Source of the DNA: a virus
IMG/VR virus record: IMGVR_UViG_3300044631_002648
Coordinates: 6,424 to 70,423 of that record
DNA: 64,000 nucleotides
Strand: one strand, 5' to 3'
In this document: piece after piece, positions 15,109-24,285 of the stretch
How the letters are laid out: each line of letters begins with the position of its first letter
How positions within the stretch are numbered: the stretch's first letter is position 1
The notes under the pieces: generated by a model
Database searches by the model: none
What the model was told of the DNA's origin: nothing
What the model saw: only the letters and a program-made list of their open reading frames with translations
Made by a program: the position numbers and the translations under genes

Positions 15109-15291
15109 TCAGGAAGATTGCTCTAGTTGTTGTTTCTTTTTCAAGATTTGTTGAGCTTTGCGTAGGCGAGGCAGTAACGAGGGCTGATAGAAATGCTCTG
15201 CCGCCAGCAATTGAAGAGCAGTCTGGCGGTCGCCTTCTAATAGTGCTACCAAGAATTGTACTTCCTTGTAATTAAGCTCAATCGTTTCCAC
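15109..15291 (-). CDS. hypothetical protein
   Basis: ORF track. Confidence 0.5.
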   Translation of the reverse strand: METIELNYKEVQFLVALLEGDRQTALQLLAAEHFYQPSLLPRLRKAQQILKKKQQLEQSS

Positions 15292-15331
15292 TTGGACATT
15301 GTGAAAATAAATTCTTGAACATACTAGAGGG

Positions 15332-16696
15332 TTAAATGAAGCCGTCTAGCCAATTAGCCTCATCATCTTGATTCGCAGCGTGAATGGCCGCTGCTAGAGC
15401 GAATGCATGGTCGTCAATGCCAGTTTGTTTGCCACCAGTTACTGTCCATTGTCCGCCTGCTCGATACACCACTGTTAGGCCTTTAATTTCACTAATTGCC
15501 TTTTCGTGGTTGTAAATATTTACTTGCCCAGCGTTAAATAGCTCTCGCATTTTGGAGAATGCTTTTACTTTGGAATTGATGGTCCAAGTTAGTTCTTCAA
15601 TGGGAAAATCGCCAGTGAGGGCCTGGATTGTACCTGCACTGTTGTATTGGTCCATGACAATCTTGTCAAACAAATAGAGCTTATGCTGCTCGCGTATCCA
15701 TTCCTCAACGGCGTTAATATTCACTTCCTTCCTTCCATTGATTTCAAAGTCTGCAACAAAGGTGTGAAATTTATCAACAACTAATGTGCCATTGTTGAAA
15801 TGAACGATGCACGCAGTGTAGTTGTCTCGGCCCAGGCCGCCGCGAGCAGGGTCAAGAGCCAGCACGTAGGTGCCCATAAAGGCCTCCTCGGGGGGCAGTG
15901 CCTTGCGCTTGTCATCAATGCAAGCTTCTACTACGTCGGGGGCAATGAGGGCTGAGAGATTGGCGGAGAACTGCGCTCCGTATTCCACATTGAACTTATC
16001 TGGATCGCGCTGGCGCTCAAGCTCTAGGAAATCGCGAGAGATGGTGGGGTTCATCTCCCACGTTGGGAGGTTTACAGCTTGCAAGTGAGGAAACCGCCCT
16101 GAGGCGGCTTCCTTGAAGTGCTGATAAAAGAGGCCATCAGTGAGCCATGGGGAGGAGAGCTCAAGGATTTTGCCATCGCTGCCGAACTGTGCCACTGCAG
16201 GAGAAAGTGCTTGATAGATGCCGTTGGCACCAGAGTTGGCGTCTCCATCTACTGCGAAGGCGAGCTCATCAAACACGCAAGCGCAGCAAGCGAGACCACG
16301 AGCAGCACGGCCAGAAGTGGGAATGGCTTTAAAGACGCAGCCATTGCTCATTTCGAGCTGATCTGCAGTTTCGCGCTGGATTTCTTGGGCGAAGGGGCTA
16401 TCAAGGATGAGCTGGCGAACATTATTAAGAGCAATGCGACTCTGATCTTGACTGTTTGCCACTGTTAGCACGTACCATTTCTCGCCTTTTCGTACTTTGC
16501 TTTTGTATTTCTCTTCCAGCACGAAGCAAATGTAGACACAAGCGACTGCGGCCATTAGTGTTTTGCCGCTACGACGACCGAGTGCCCAAGTTGCTTGCGA
16601 AAATCCTCCTTCAAAGAAGCTGTCAAGAATTTCAGCTTGTTTTGGATAGAGCTCTAGGCGCAAAGCATGCTTTGCGAAGTCTGAACATCTAAGCAT
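15332..16696 (-). CDS. terL: terminase large subunit
   Basis: YPKQ Q-motif, GRRSGKT Walker A, VFDE Walker B, ALDPA nuclease Asp, DDHAFA. Confidence 0.93.
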   Translation of the reverse strand: MLRCSDFAKHALRLELYPKQAEILDSFFEGGFSQATWALGRRSGKTLMAAVACVYICFVLEEKYKSKVRKGEKWYVLTVANSQDQSRIALNNVRQLILDSPFAQEIQRETADQLEMSNGCVFKAIPTSGRAARGLACCACVFDELAFAVDGDANSGANGIYQALSPAVAQFGSDGKILELSSPWLTDGLFYQHFKEAASGRFPHLQAVNLPTWEMNPTISRDFLELERQRDPDKFNVEYGAQFSANLSALIAPDVVEACIDDKRKALPPEEAFMGTYVLALDPARGGLGRDNYTACIVHFNNGTLVVDKFHTFVADFEINGRKEVNINAVEEWIREQHKLYLFDKIVMDQYNSAGTIQALTGDFPIEELTWTINSKVKAFSKMRELFNAGQVNIYNHEKAISEIKGLTVVYRAGGQWTVTGGKQTGIDDHAFALAAAIHAANQDDEANWLDGFI

Positions 16697-16737
16697 GTTT
16701 CCATTCCATTGCTGCTGCTTAATTTAAAGCAAGCTTG

Positions 16738-17319
16738 TTAGATAGGTCTCCGCCAGATGCCATCAATTTTGCGATAGGTGACAGCTTTTGTGTCTCGAAT
16801 GAACGCATCATGTGGCTCCCATCGAATGATGTCTTTATTGGGTAGTCCAGCCCTTGAAAAACCTTGGCGACCAAACCATTTTTGGATGGGGGGATTACTG
16901 CTGTAGTAGCGTTCCACTGTTTCGCTTGGCGGCTTGTAAGCACGAAGAGCATCTAGGCGATGGTATGCAATAAGGGAGTCGTCGGACGTTACTTGCAAAA
17001 TCACATCTGCTTTTCCGCGTAGCCAGCCAGGATGCCCAGTGATTCCTGTGTATTCCAAGAGAACGGGGCGAAGAAGGGAATGCGTTGGATGGTTGCAAGT
17101 TTTAGGGGCCTTCACTTCTACTTTGTATTCAACATTTCCTCTGCTAACTATGTAATCGAAATGATGAATTCTATTTTCTTCCGCTGAACTTTGCCTGTAT
17201 TCCCAGCCCATGTGGGTAAGGAATTCAGGAGCAATTACGAATTCAGCTTTGTTTCCAATGGCTTGACTGCGAGCCAAGCGATCACTGAGTGGGTGGGGCG
17301 ACACATCTTTTGGAGACAT
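16738..17319 (-). CDS. PD-(D/E)XK nuclease-like protein
   Basis: G..AE...E..IHHFDY...KVEVK...LLEY..ITG.PGWL.GKAD. Confidence 0.65.
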   Translation of the reverse strand: MSPKDVSPHPLSDRLARSQAIGNKAEFVIAPEFLTHMGWEYRQSSAEENRIHHFDYIVSRGNVEYKVEVKAPKTCNHPTHSLLRPVLLEYTGITGHPGWLRGKADVILQVTSDDSLIAYHRLDALRAYKPPSETVERYYSSNPPIQKWFGRQGFSRAGLPNKDIIRWEPHDAFIRDTKAVTYRKIDGIWRRPI

Positions 17320-17387
17320 AAGTGGGCTTATGCATGCTTTTCAGTGTAGTGATTAAATAGAATGTGACTATTAAGCATTTCTTATAG

Positions 17388-19259
17388 ATGGCTGACATTA
17401 CGCAAAGCAGCGCTGATCTTGGTCATTTCAGGGCCGATGGCATCAGGGCTGATGGGCTGCAAAACGTCTTTACTGGCATGGGAACTTCCCGTGACAAGAC
17501 CACTCGTACTACTGTCAAGCCCATCAGCTTTATGGGCTATGAAGACCTTGAGGGTCTTTATGCGCACTGGCTGATGCGTCGCATTGTGGACCTTGTGGCC
17601 GATGAGAGCACACGCGAGGGTTTTGAGATTCTGTTTGGTGGGGAAGGTGTGAATGCTGAAACGCTTTCTGGCGTTGAGCAGGCTATTGAAGATCTAGAAA
17701 TTCTCTATTCATTTAACGAAGCAGCTCGCACTTCCCGCCTTTATGGCGGAAGTGCTTTGCTTCTTTACATTGACGACGGGCGTCCGTCTGACATGCCAGT
17801 TGATCGGAATAACATTCGTGCCGTTGAGGGCATGGAATGTTTAGATCGCCATCAAATTGCACCTCTTATTAGTGAAGAAAGTCTGTACGACTATTCAAAG
17901 GCAACTTATTATCAAATCATCTCTGGCGATCTAATTCAACAGCCCAATCTTCGCGCCATTCATAAAGATAGGATTTTGCGTTTTGATGGCATTTGGTTGC
18001 CTTATCGCACGCGCCAGAAGAACTATGGCTGGGGCATGAGCGTGCTGCAGAGTGTATTTGAAAGCTTCAATCACTATTACAGCGGCACTTCCTCCATTGC
18101 CACTCTTCTCACTGAATTCGACATTTTTGTTCACAAAGTGAGGGGCTTGGCTTCGATGCTTGTTGCAGGCAAGGAAAGTCAAGTGAGGGACCGCCTGCAA
18201 TTGAACGATATGAGCAAGAGCATCTATCGCGGCTACGCGATTGATGCGGAAAAAGAAGAGCTGGAATTTATTGGCCGTAATTTTGGTGGCGTATCGGAAA
18301 TCCTTGAGAAGCTCCGTATTGACATCATTGCAGCCTCTGGCATCCCACATACATTGCTATTTGGTCAGTCGCCGTCAGGCCTTGGTGCCACTGGCCGTTC
18401 TGAGGAGCGTGATTTTGCGAAAGTCTGTCACCACTACCAAGAAACTCATTTTCGTAAGCCACTGACAAAGCTGATGGAATACATCATGCTGAGCAAGACT
18501 GGGCCGACGAATGGAAGGGTGCCTGATAACTGGCGCGTGAGCTTCAAGCCGTTGTTCGAGATGAATGAGCGGGAAATTGCCGATGTGCGTGCGCGTGTGG
18601 CTGCTGTTGATGCTCGCTACATCCAAGTGGGCGTGCTTACGCCTCAGGAAGTAGCAGACAGTCGCTTTGGTAAGAGCGAGTACAGCATTGAGACCACCAT
18701 CGATCCATCTATTGCGCGTGAAATGCCCGCAAAGATTGGTGGTAACGGTCAAATGGTGGTTCCTCCTGGCGGTCGTGATCCGTTGGATCAAGCGAATGGC
18801 ACGTTGCCGATGGATGGCACTCGCGGGGCTTCTCCTGATGACCAGACGTTAGACGGAGCGGGTCTTTATTTGCCGCGAGATCTTGAAGAAATTCGCGGTG
18901 ATGTGGAATTCAAGGACAAGGAGCTCCATCAGAAAGCAATTGCCGCAGCGAAGGCCAAGTTCAAGACTTGGCCGAGCGCTGTTGCTGGTGCCTATGTCAC
19001 GCGAAAGTACAAAGAGCTGTACAAGCGCAAGCACGGCAGCATGGAAGGTGCTTTCAAGGGCAAGAAAGAGACTGCGGAGTATTTCAAAAAGGATGCCATT
19101 GAGCCACTAAAGGCCGAGGGTCTCATTCTTGGTGACATCGACGAAGCCTCTCTAGTTTCCCAAGCAGATATTGACGCCGCATTGAACCAATGGAAGACCG
19201 AAGCGCCTGAGCGCTTTAAGGACATTCTGGAGGCATCTGATGCTCAGCCCACTGAGTGA
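17388..19259 (+). CDS. portal protein (DUF1073/HI1409 type) with C-terminal extension
   Basis: DGLQNV.TGMG..RDK, RRIVD..A.E.TR, RLYGG, WG.SVL, IP.T.LFGQSP.GL.ATG. Confidence 0.9.
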   Translation: MADITQSSADLGHFRADGIRADGLQNVFTGMGTSRDKTTRTTVKPISFMGYEDLEGLYAHWLMRRIVDLVADESTREGFEILFGGEGVNAETLSGVEQAIEDLEILYSFNEAARTSRLYGGSALLLYIDDGRPSDMPVDRNNIRAVEGMECLDRHQIAPLISEESLYDYSKATYYQIISGDLIQQPNLRAIHKDRILRFDGIWLPYRTRQKNYGWGMSVLQSVFESFNHYYSGTSSIATLLTEFDIFVHKVRGLASMLVAGKESQVRDRLQLNDMSKSIYRGYAIDAEKEELEFIGRNFGGVSEILEKLRIDIIAASGIPHTLLFGQSPSGLGATGRSEERDFAKVCHHYQETHFRKPLTKLMEYIMLSKTGPTNGRVPDNWRVSFKPLFEMNEREIADVRARVAAVDARYIQVGVLTPQEVADSRFGKSEYSIETTIDPSIAREMPAKIGGNGQMVVPPGGRDPLDQANGTLPMDGTRGASPDDQTLDGAGLYLPRDLEEIRGDVEFKDKELHQKAIAAAKAKFKTWPSAVAGAYVTRKYKELYKRKHGSMEGAFKGKKETAEYFKKDAIEPLKAEGLILGDIDEASLVSQADIDAALNQWKTEAPERFKDILEASDAQPTE

Positions 19260-19902
19260 TGCATGGCCTCGGTTTGATGCCGAATGGTCATATGACACTA
19301 ATCTGGGGCGCTATAGGCGCCCTTCTGGTCAATTTATGAGCCAGAAGGCTGTAATGGCCCTTGTCGATGGTCGCATTGACAAGCTTGGCCAACAGCTACG
19401 CCGTTTCACTCAAATGCTGGCCGATGGCAACATCACAATTGATCAGTGGCAAGGGAGTATCCGCGAGGCAATTAAAGCTGCTCATATTCAAGCAACAGTG
19501 CTTGGCCATGGCGGTAAGGACGGTATGGGCAGTGCGGAGTATGGCCGTATCGGTCAAAGGCTTCGTGCGGAATACACTTATCTTCAGAAGTTTGCTGGCG
19601 ATATTTTGGCTGGCCGCGTTTCTACTGCCATGGCTCTTGCTCGTGTGCAGCTATATGCTGAAAGCGTGCGAGGTTCTTACTGGGAAGGCTCCACAATTCG
19701 CCAAGAGCGACAAGGCTATTCCTTGATGCGGCGCATTCTTGATCCGCAAGCGCAGCATTGTGATGATTGTGTGCGTTATGCAGGCGCTGGACTTGTTTCC
19801 CTAGGTAGTTTGCCGATGCCTGGACAGCGTTGTGAGTGTCGTTCACGGTGTAGGTGCAGCGTGGAATACAGGCGTAATGCGGTGCCGACCGTTCCTGTTT
19901 AA
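19240..19902 (+). CDS. minor head protein (Mu gpF / SPP1 gp7-like)
   Basis: After portal; C-terminal HCDDC...PG..CEC..RCRC. Confidence 0.7.
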   Translation: MLSPLSDAWPRFDAEWSYDTNLGRYRRPSGQFMSQKAVMALVDGRIDKLGQQLRRFTQMLADGNITIDQWQGSIREAIKAAHIQATVLGHGGKDGMGSAEYGRIGQRLRAEYTYLQKFAGDILAGRVSTAMALARVQLYAESVRGSYWEGSTIRQERQGYSLMRRILDPQAQHCDDCVRYAGAGLVSLGSLPMPGQRCECRSRCRCSVEYRRNAVPTVPV

Positions 19903-19940
19903 AAACAAGGCCTAACATTGCGCAAGACATTGCGCTTTGT

Positions 19941-21137
19941 ATGGCCAAAATTCTTTATTGCGGAGACGCAGCAGTTCAGACGGGCTTTGGGCGGGTAGCC
20001 GAGAATCTGCTTCCTGAGCTTGCGAAAGAGCATGAAGTGGTGGTGCTCGCCGTGAACTGGTGGGGCGATCCGCATGAACTGCCCTATCGCATGTATCCCG
20101 CAAATGCTGGTGGTGCCGATCCGTTTGGCTCCCATCGTATTCAGGAGCTTTTGATCAAGGAGAAGCCTGATCTGGTGTTTGCCGTTAATGATATTTGGGT
20201 GTTGAACAAGCTTTGGAGGGTAGCAAAGCCCTTGAAAGAGAAGCTTGGTTTTAAGTGGTATGGGTATTTCCCCACTGATAGCTATGGCTTCTTTCCTGAA
20301 GTGTTTGAGGATTGCAAAGAGTGGGACGGTATGGCCACTTATACGGAATTTGGCCTCGAAGAAGTTCGTAAAGCGGGCTGCGAAATGCCGTGTGACGTGA
20401 TTCCGCATGGCATTGATCGCTCTACGTTTTTCCCAGTGAAGAAAGACGAAGCGCGGAAGGCGATGGGCGTACCCGAGGATGTGTTTATTGTCTTCAATGG
20501 CAATCGAAACCAGCCACGTAAGCGCATTGATTTGACAATTAAGGCATTTGTTCAGTTCGCCCTTGATAAGCCCGATGCGCGGCTTTGGCTCAATATGGGA
20601 CCAAAAGATCAAGGATGGGATTTGATTCCGCTGTTTAAGCGTGTGTCTCGTGACTATGGTTACGATCCTGCTGGCAAGCTAATTCTTACAAGCAAGGATT
20701 TTGATGTGATGAATTGCTTGCCCATTGACAAGCTCAATCTTGTGTATAACACCTGTGACGTGGGTGTTAATACGTGTATTGGCGAGGGCTGGGGCTTGGT
20801 TAATTTTGAGCATGCCGCCACCCGCACTGCTCAAATCGTTCCAGACCACACATCGCTGAAAGAAATTTTTGGTGGCATTCCGCGTATTCCCATTGAAAGC
20901 TGGGAAGTTGATTGTAATTATGGCCTTGATCGTGGCGTGCCTTCCGTGAATGATCTAGTGCGAATTCTTGATAATTATTACGAGCATCGTGATAATCTTG
21001 ACAAGGTTGCGCAATGGTGTTACGACGAACTTCAGGACGACAAGTATTCCTGGATCACGATTGGCGCGAACGTATTGAAGATTGTCAATAAAACCTTGGG
21101 GCAGACCACTGCTGGCAAGGGATTTGGCGATGAATAA
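19941..21137 (+). CDS. GT-B (GT4-like) glycosyltransferase
   Basis: TGFGRV, IPHGID, NRNQPRKRID, GEGWGL..FEHAA. Confidence 0.9.
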   Translation: MAKILYCGDAAVQTGFGRVAENLLPELAKEHEVVVLAVNWWGDPHELPYRMYPANAGGADPFGSHRIQELLIKEKPDLVFAVNDIWVLNKLWRVAKPLKEKLGFKWYGYFPTDSYGFFPEVFEDCKEWDGMATYTEFGLEEVRKAGCEMPCDVIPHGIDRSTFFPVKKDEARKAMGVPEDVFIVFNGNRNQPRKRIDLTIKAFVQFALDKPDARLWLNMGPKDQGWDLIPLFKRVSRDYGYDPAGKLILTSKDFDVMNCLPIDKLNLVYNTCDVGVNTCIGEGWGLVNFEHAATRTAQIVPDHTSLKEIFGGIPRIPIESWEVDCNYGLDRGVPSVNDLVRILDNYYEHRDNLDKVAQWCYDELQDDKYSWITIGANVLKIVNKTLGQTTAGKGFGDE

Positions 21138-21816
21138 ACGCCGTGTGAGCGTGGGAATTCCCACGCTTTCTTGCTACGACAAACTCATTCGTTTGTGTAA
21201 TCATTTGATCAATGATGAGCACCCTTGCATTGAGGCGGAGGTGCTCATTCTTGACAATGGCGGACGAATGAAAGAAAGTTCTGCGGTGGATGAGCTGGCG
21301 GAATGTTGCGATCTTTCTAGGTGGAAAGTAGCGGTGCCGCCGTACAATCTTGGTGTGGCCAAGTCTTGGAATTATCTTATTAATCAGCTAAATCAATGCA
21401 TCATCGCTAATGACGATGTGATGTTTGGCCTTAATGATATTGCGGCCTTTCTAGAGGCCGCTGACGCTAATCCAGGTACGATTATTCTCGAGACCAATCA
21501 TTCCGTTGGCGGTTTTTCTACTTTTTATGTGAATCGTCCCGAGCGCTGGCTTGGAATGGGCGGTTTTGACGAGCTATTTGCCCCTGCTTATTTTGAGGAT
21601 AATGACTGCCGCTGGCGATTACTTCTAGAGAATAATCCCGCAGTAAAAGTCAATCTTTCTTCATGGAAGCATGAAAATAGCAGCACATTGCACACAGGTG
21701 ATGATCGTTACAAGAGAATGCACTGGTGTTGCTTTGAGCGGAACAAGGCTTACTACCAAGCAAAATGGGGAGGCCTTCCTGGAAATGAGCAATTCACTTC
21801 TCCATTTGGCAAATAG
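21130..21816 (+). CDS. GT-A (GT2-like) glycosyltransferase
   Basis: IPTL, ILDNG, NLGVAKSWN, NDD, GGFDE.F.PAYFEDND. Confidence 0.88.
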   Translation: MNKRRVSVGIPTLSCYDKLIRLCNHLINDEHPCIEAEVLILDNGGRMKESSAVDELAECCDLSRWKVAVPPYNLGVAKSWNYLINQLNQCIIANDDVMFGLNDIAAFLEAADANPGTIILETNHSVGGFSTFYVNRPERWLGMGGFDELFAPAYFEDNDCRWRLLLENNPAVKVNLSSWKHENSSTLHTGDDRYKRMHWCCFERNKAYYQAKWGGLPGNEQFTSPFGK

Positions 21817-21818
21817 TT

Positions 21819-22364
21819 ATGGCTCATTTTGAACAGCAACAATTTGTTCAAAGTGTGAAAGACGAATTCCCGTCGTTCTTTCATGGTGGAAGAATTGTGG
21901 AAATTGGTAGTCTTGATATCAATGGAAGCGTGAGGCGTTTCTTTGATGCCCCAAAAGAATATGTGGGCGTAGACGTTGGTGCGGGGAAAGGCGTTGACGT
22001 GGTGTGTGAAGGACAGAGCTATGACGGTGCCACTGGCAGTTTTGACGTGGCCATTTCTGCCGAATGCTTTGAGCACAACCCCTATTGGGAGGCAACGTTT
22101 GCCAATATGCATCGCATGGTGCGCGATGAAGGACTAATTGTGATGACATGCGCGACGACGGGGCGCCCTGAACATGGCACAACAAGAAGTGACATGGGCA
22201 GCAGTCCGCTAACGGTGGGCAAGGGCTGGGACTATTACAAGAATTTGATTGAGGAAGATTTCTATAACGCTTTTCCTATTGGTTGCATGTTCTCAGAACA
22301 TTGTTTTAAGGTGAACACAAGTAGTCACGATTTGTACTTCTGGGGGCTTGTAAGCAAGCTATAG
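21819..22364 (+). CDS. class I SAM-dependent methyltransferase
   Basis: VEIGS..ING, YVGVD...G.GVDVV, FDVAIS.ECFEH. Confidence 0.88.
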   Translation: MAHFEQQQFVQSVKDEFPSFFHGGRIVEIGSLDINGSVRRFFDAPKEYVGVDVGAGKGVDVVCEGQSYDGATGSFDVAISAECFEHNPYWEATFANMHRMVRDEGLIVMTCATTGRPEHGTTRSDMGSSPLTVGKGWDYYKNLIEEDFYNAFPIGCMFSEHCFKVNTSSHDLYFWGLVSKL

Positions 22365-22916
22365 ATCATCTTTGGCTTGCCATTTAGAAAGTTCTTTTCG
22401 CTGGTGTTCCGAGTTTGAGAGAACTTCCAAATTCTCAATGTCGTTGTTTAAATGGTTGTCATCAATATGGTGAACATGCTCCCAACTTTCAAGTTTACGT
22501 CCCAGATATTGTTCCATTAGCCATCGGTGTTCCCTGACTTCTTTTCCGTTTACAGAAATAGTTTTGTAAATCTTGCGACCTGAACCCCCCTTGAGCGCCT
22601 GGGCTCTCCTTGTAACTGGAGATGCTTCGCGTGCCTTTTGTGTGTTTTCGGGATTAGCTAGAGAGGTGCACCGCCGAGAACAAAACTTGGCCGTATCTGC
22701 TCTATATTGAGGCACGTAAAATCCCGAGTCGCATAGCTTGCAGTTCAAAAGGACGCCTTTTGCTTGTCGTCCTTTTATTTTTCCAATTTTTCGTAAGTAC
22801 GAAACTTGGCAGGTGCGACAACAGTAAACATTCGTCTTTCTCCTTGGGGAGAATGCGGCGCTACAGTTAAGACAGGGCTTGGGGTCCACAAAAAGCAAAT
22901 CAACTCCCATCACCAC
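22359..22916 (-). CDS. HNH homing endonuclease with Zn-finger repeats
   Basis: EHRWLMEQYLGRKL...EHVHHID..HLNN.IENL; FCSRRC repeats. Confidence 0.88.
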   Translation of the reverse strand: MVMGVDLLFVDPKPCLNCSAAFSPRRKTNVYCCRTCQVSYLRKIGKIKGRQAKGVLLNCKLCDSGFYVPQYRADTAKFCSRRCTSLANPENTQKAREASPVTRRAQALKGGSGRKIYKTISVNGKEVREHRWLMEQYLGRKLESWEHVHHIDDNHLNNDIENLEVLSNSEHQRKELSKWQAKDDL

Positions 22917-22935
22917 AGCAGATAGCGAGACTCAA

Positions 22936-23283
22936 ATGGCAAAAGCATCGCCTAAACAGCAGCGCAAGATTTCAAGAGTTTTGAGGGAGTTCAAAGCTGG
23001 AACCCTTAAAAGCAGTAGTGGGGAAAAAATTACGGACCCCAAACGCGCGTTGGCGATTGCGCTTTCAGAAGCTGGTGTGTCACGCGAAATACAGAAAGAT
23101 AAGAGCGATGCTTATTGGGACGCCTATATCGACACTATGTGCGGCTCGATGAGCAAGGGCGGCATGGAAGAAGAGGAAGAGGGGGAAGAGGAAGAAGAAA
23201 TGGAAGAGGAGATGGACGCCAACGCTGCTGAGGCTCGCTGCAAAGGCTATCTTTCTTCCCTTAACAAAAGAAAAAAGCGCTAA
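22936..23283 (+). CDS. DUF6496-like basic domain with poly-Glu tail
   Basis: KISRVLREFKAGTLKSSSG.KI...K.A.AIALSEAG. Confidence 0.75.
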   Translation: MAKASPKQQRKISRVLREFKAGTLKSSSGEKITDPKRALAIALSEAGVSREIQKDKSDAYWDAYIDTMCGSMSKGGMEEEEEGEEEEEMEEEMDANAAEARCKGYLSSLNKRKKR

Positions 23284-23627
23284 GGGGCGACGCCGAAAGC
23301 TTCGCCCCTCCTGCCAGCGTAAAGAGTGCTGCACGGCGCGGCCTTGAGCTGCGCCGAAAGCACGGCAAGGGAGGGCTTACTACAAAAGAAGCTGGAGAGC
23401 AAGGCATTGGAAGCGGCGTGGCACGAGCCACGTCGCTAGCTAACGGAGAGAAGGTTAGTGCAAACACCATTCGTCGCATGGCTGCATTTTTCTCGAGGCA
23501 TGAGAAGAACAAAAGCGGTGGTGAAAATGACGCGGGCTACATTGCTTGGCTTTTGTGGGGCGGCGATGCGGGGAGATCTTGGGCGAATCGTACGCTTAGG
23601 ATGCTGGAAAAGCGTCAAGAAAAATGA
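23271..23627 (+). CDS. conserved phage head-associated domain, probably reached by -1 frameshift from the upstream ORF
   Basis: A AAA AAG at 23271-23277; -1 frame FAPPASVKSAARRGLELR...VARA..LANG...IAWLLWGGDAGRSWA with no start codon for its N-terminal third. Confidence 0.7.
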   Translation, partial: KKALRGDAESFAPPASVKSAARRGLELRRKHGKGGLTTKEAGEQGIGSGVARATSLANGEKVSANTIRRMAAFFSRHEKNKSGGENDAGYIAWLLWGGDAGRSWANRTLRMLEKRQEK

Positions 23628-23938
23628 TGGAAGGCCTCAGGATGGTGCGTGAAGAGGAAGACGGCATCAGTGTGATGCAGGCCTTGCAAATTCTGTCCCG
23701 CAATGCCCATCGCAATACTTCTCGTTGGGAACTTGTTGAAAAGCAAGTATTTAAAAATGGGCGTCTCGAAGAAACTCACGAATATGTGGTGAGTGTTTAC
23801 GACGTGCCTGATTCGCAATTTGAGCCTGCAAAGTTTTTGATTTTTGAGGCAGTAGCAATGGCGAAGGCTTACATCATGGACGGCATTGAAGAGCAGCTTG
23901 CTTCTATTCGCGAAGAAGATGAGGACGATGAGGATTAG
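23624..23938 (+). CDS. hypothetical protein
   Basis: ATGA overlap; ORF track. Confidence 0.6.
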   Translation: MMEGLRMVREEEDGISVMQALQILSRNAHRNTSRWELVEKQVFKNGRLEETHEYVVSVYDVPDSQFEPAKFLIFEAVAMAKAYIMDGIEEQLASIREEDEDDED

Positions 23939-24225
23939 TCCTTCGTCGCATGAACGACGAAGGACGGATAGCCAAGAAGCCAGAGCACACTGAGCTGAAA
24001 AACGCCGCTCATCACTTTAATTTGAGCCACATCTGGGGCGAGGATGCCACTTTCAATGCGAGAGATGGTGGCCTGATCGCAAAACAGCAGTTCCGCCAGC
24101 GCTCTTTGTGACAAACCACAACCTTGGCGAGCTTCCCGCACTCGGGAACCAATGAGAGCTTTAGCTTCGGAATAGGAGGAGCGTGGGCTTTTGACTTTAC
24201 GCCCGCCCAAATCTTTTTGCGTCAT
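23935..24225 (-). CDS. XRE-family HTH regulator
   Basis: IGSRVREAR...GLSQRALAE...QATISRIESG. Confidence 0.88.
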   Translation of the reverse strand: MTQKDLGGRKVKSPRSSYSEAKALIGSRVREARQGCGLSQRALAELLFCDQATISRIESGILAPDVAQIKVMSGVFQLSVLWLLGYPSFVVHATKD

Positions 24226-24285
24226 TCTATGCAGAATAGCATAATGTCTAGTAGACTATGCAAATGAAGCCCTTACAGTATATGT

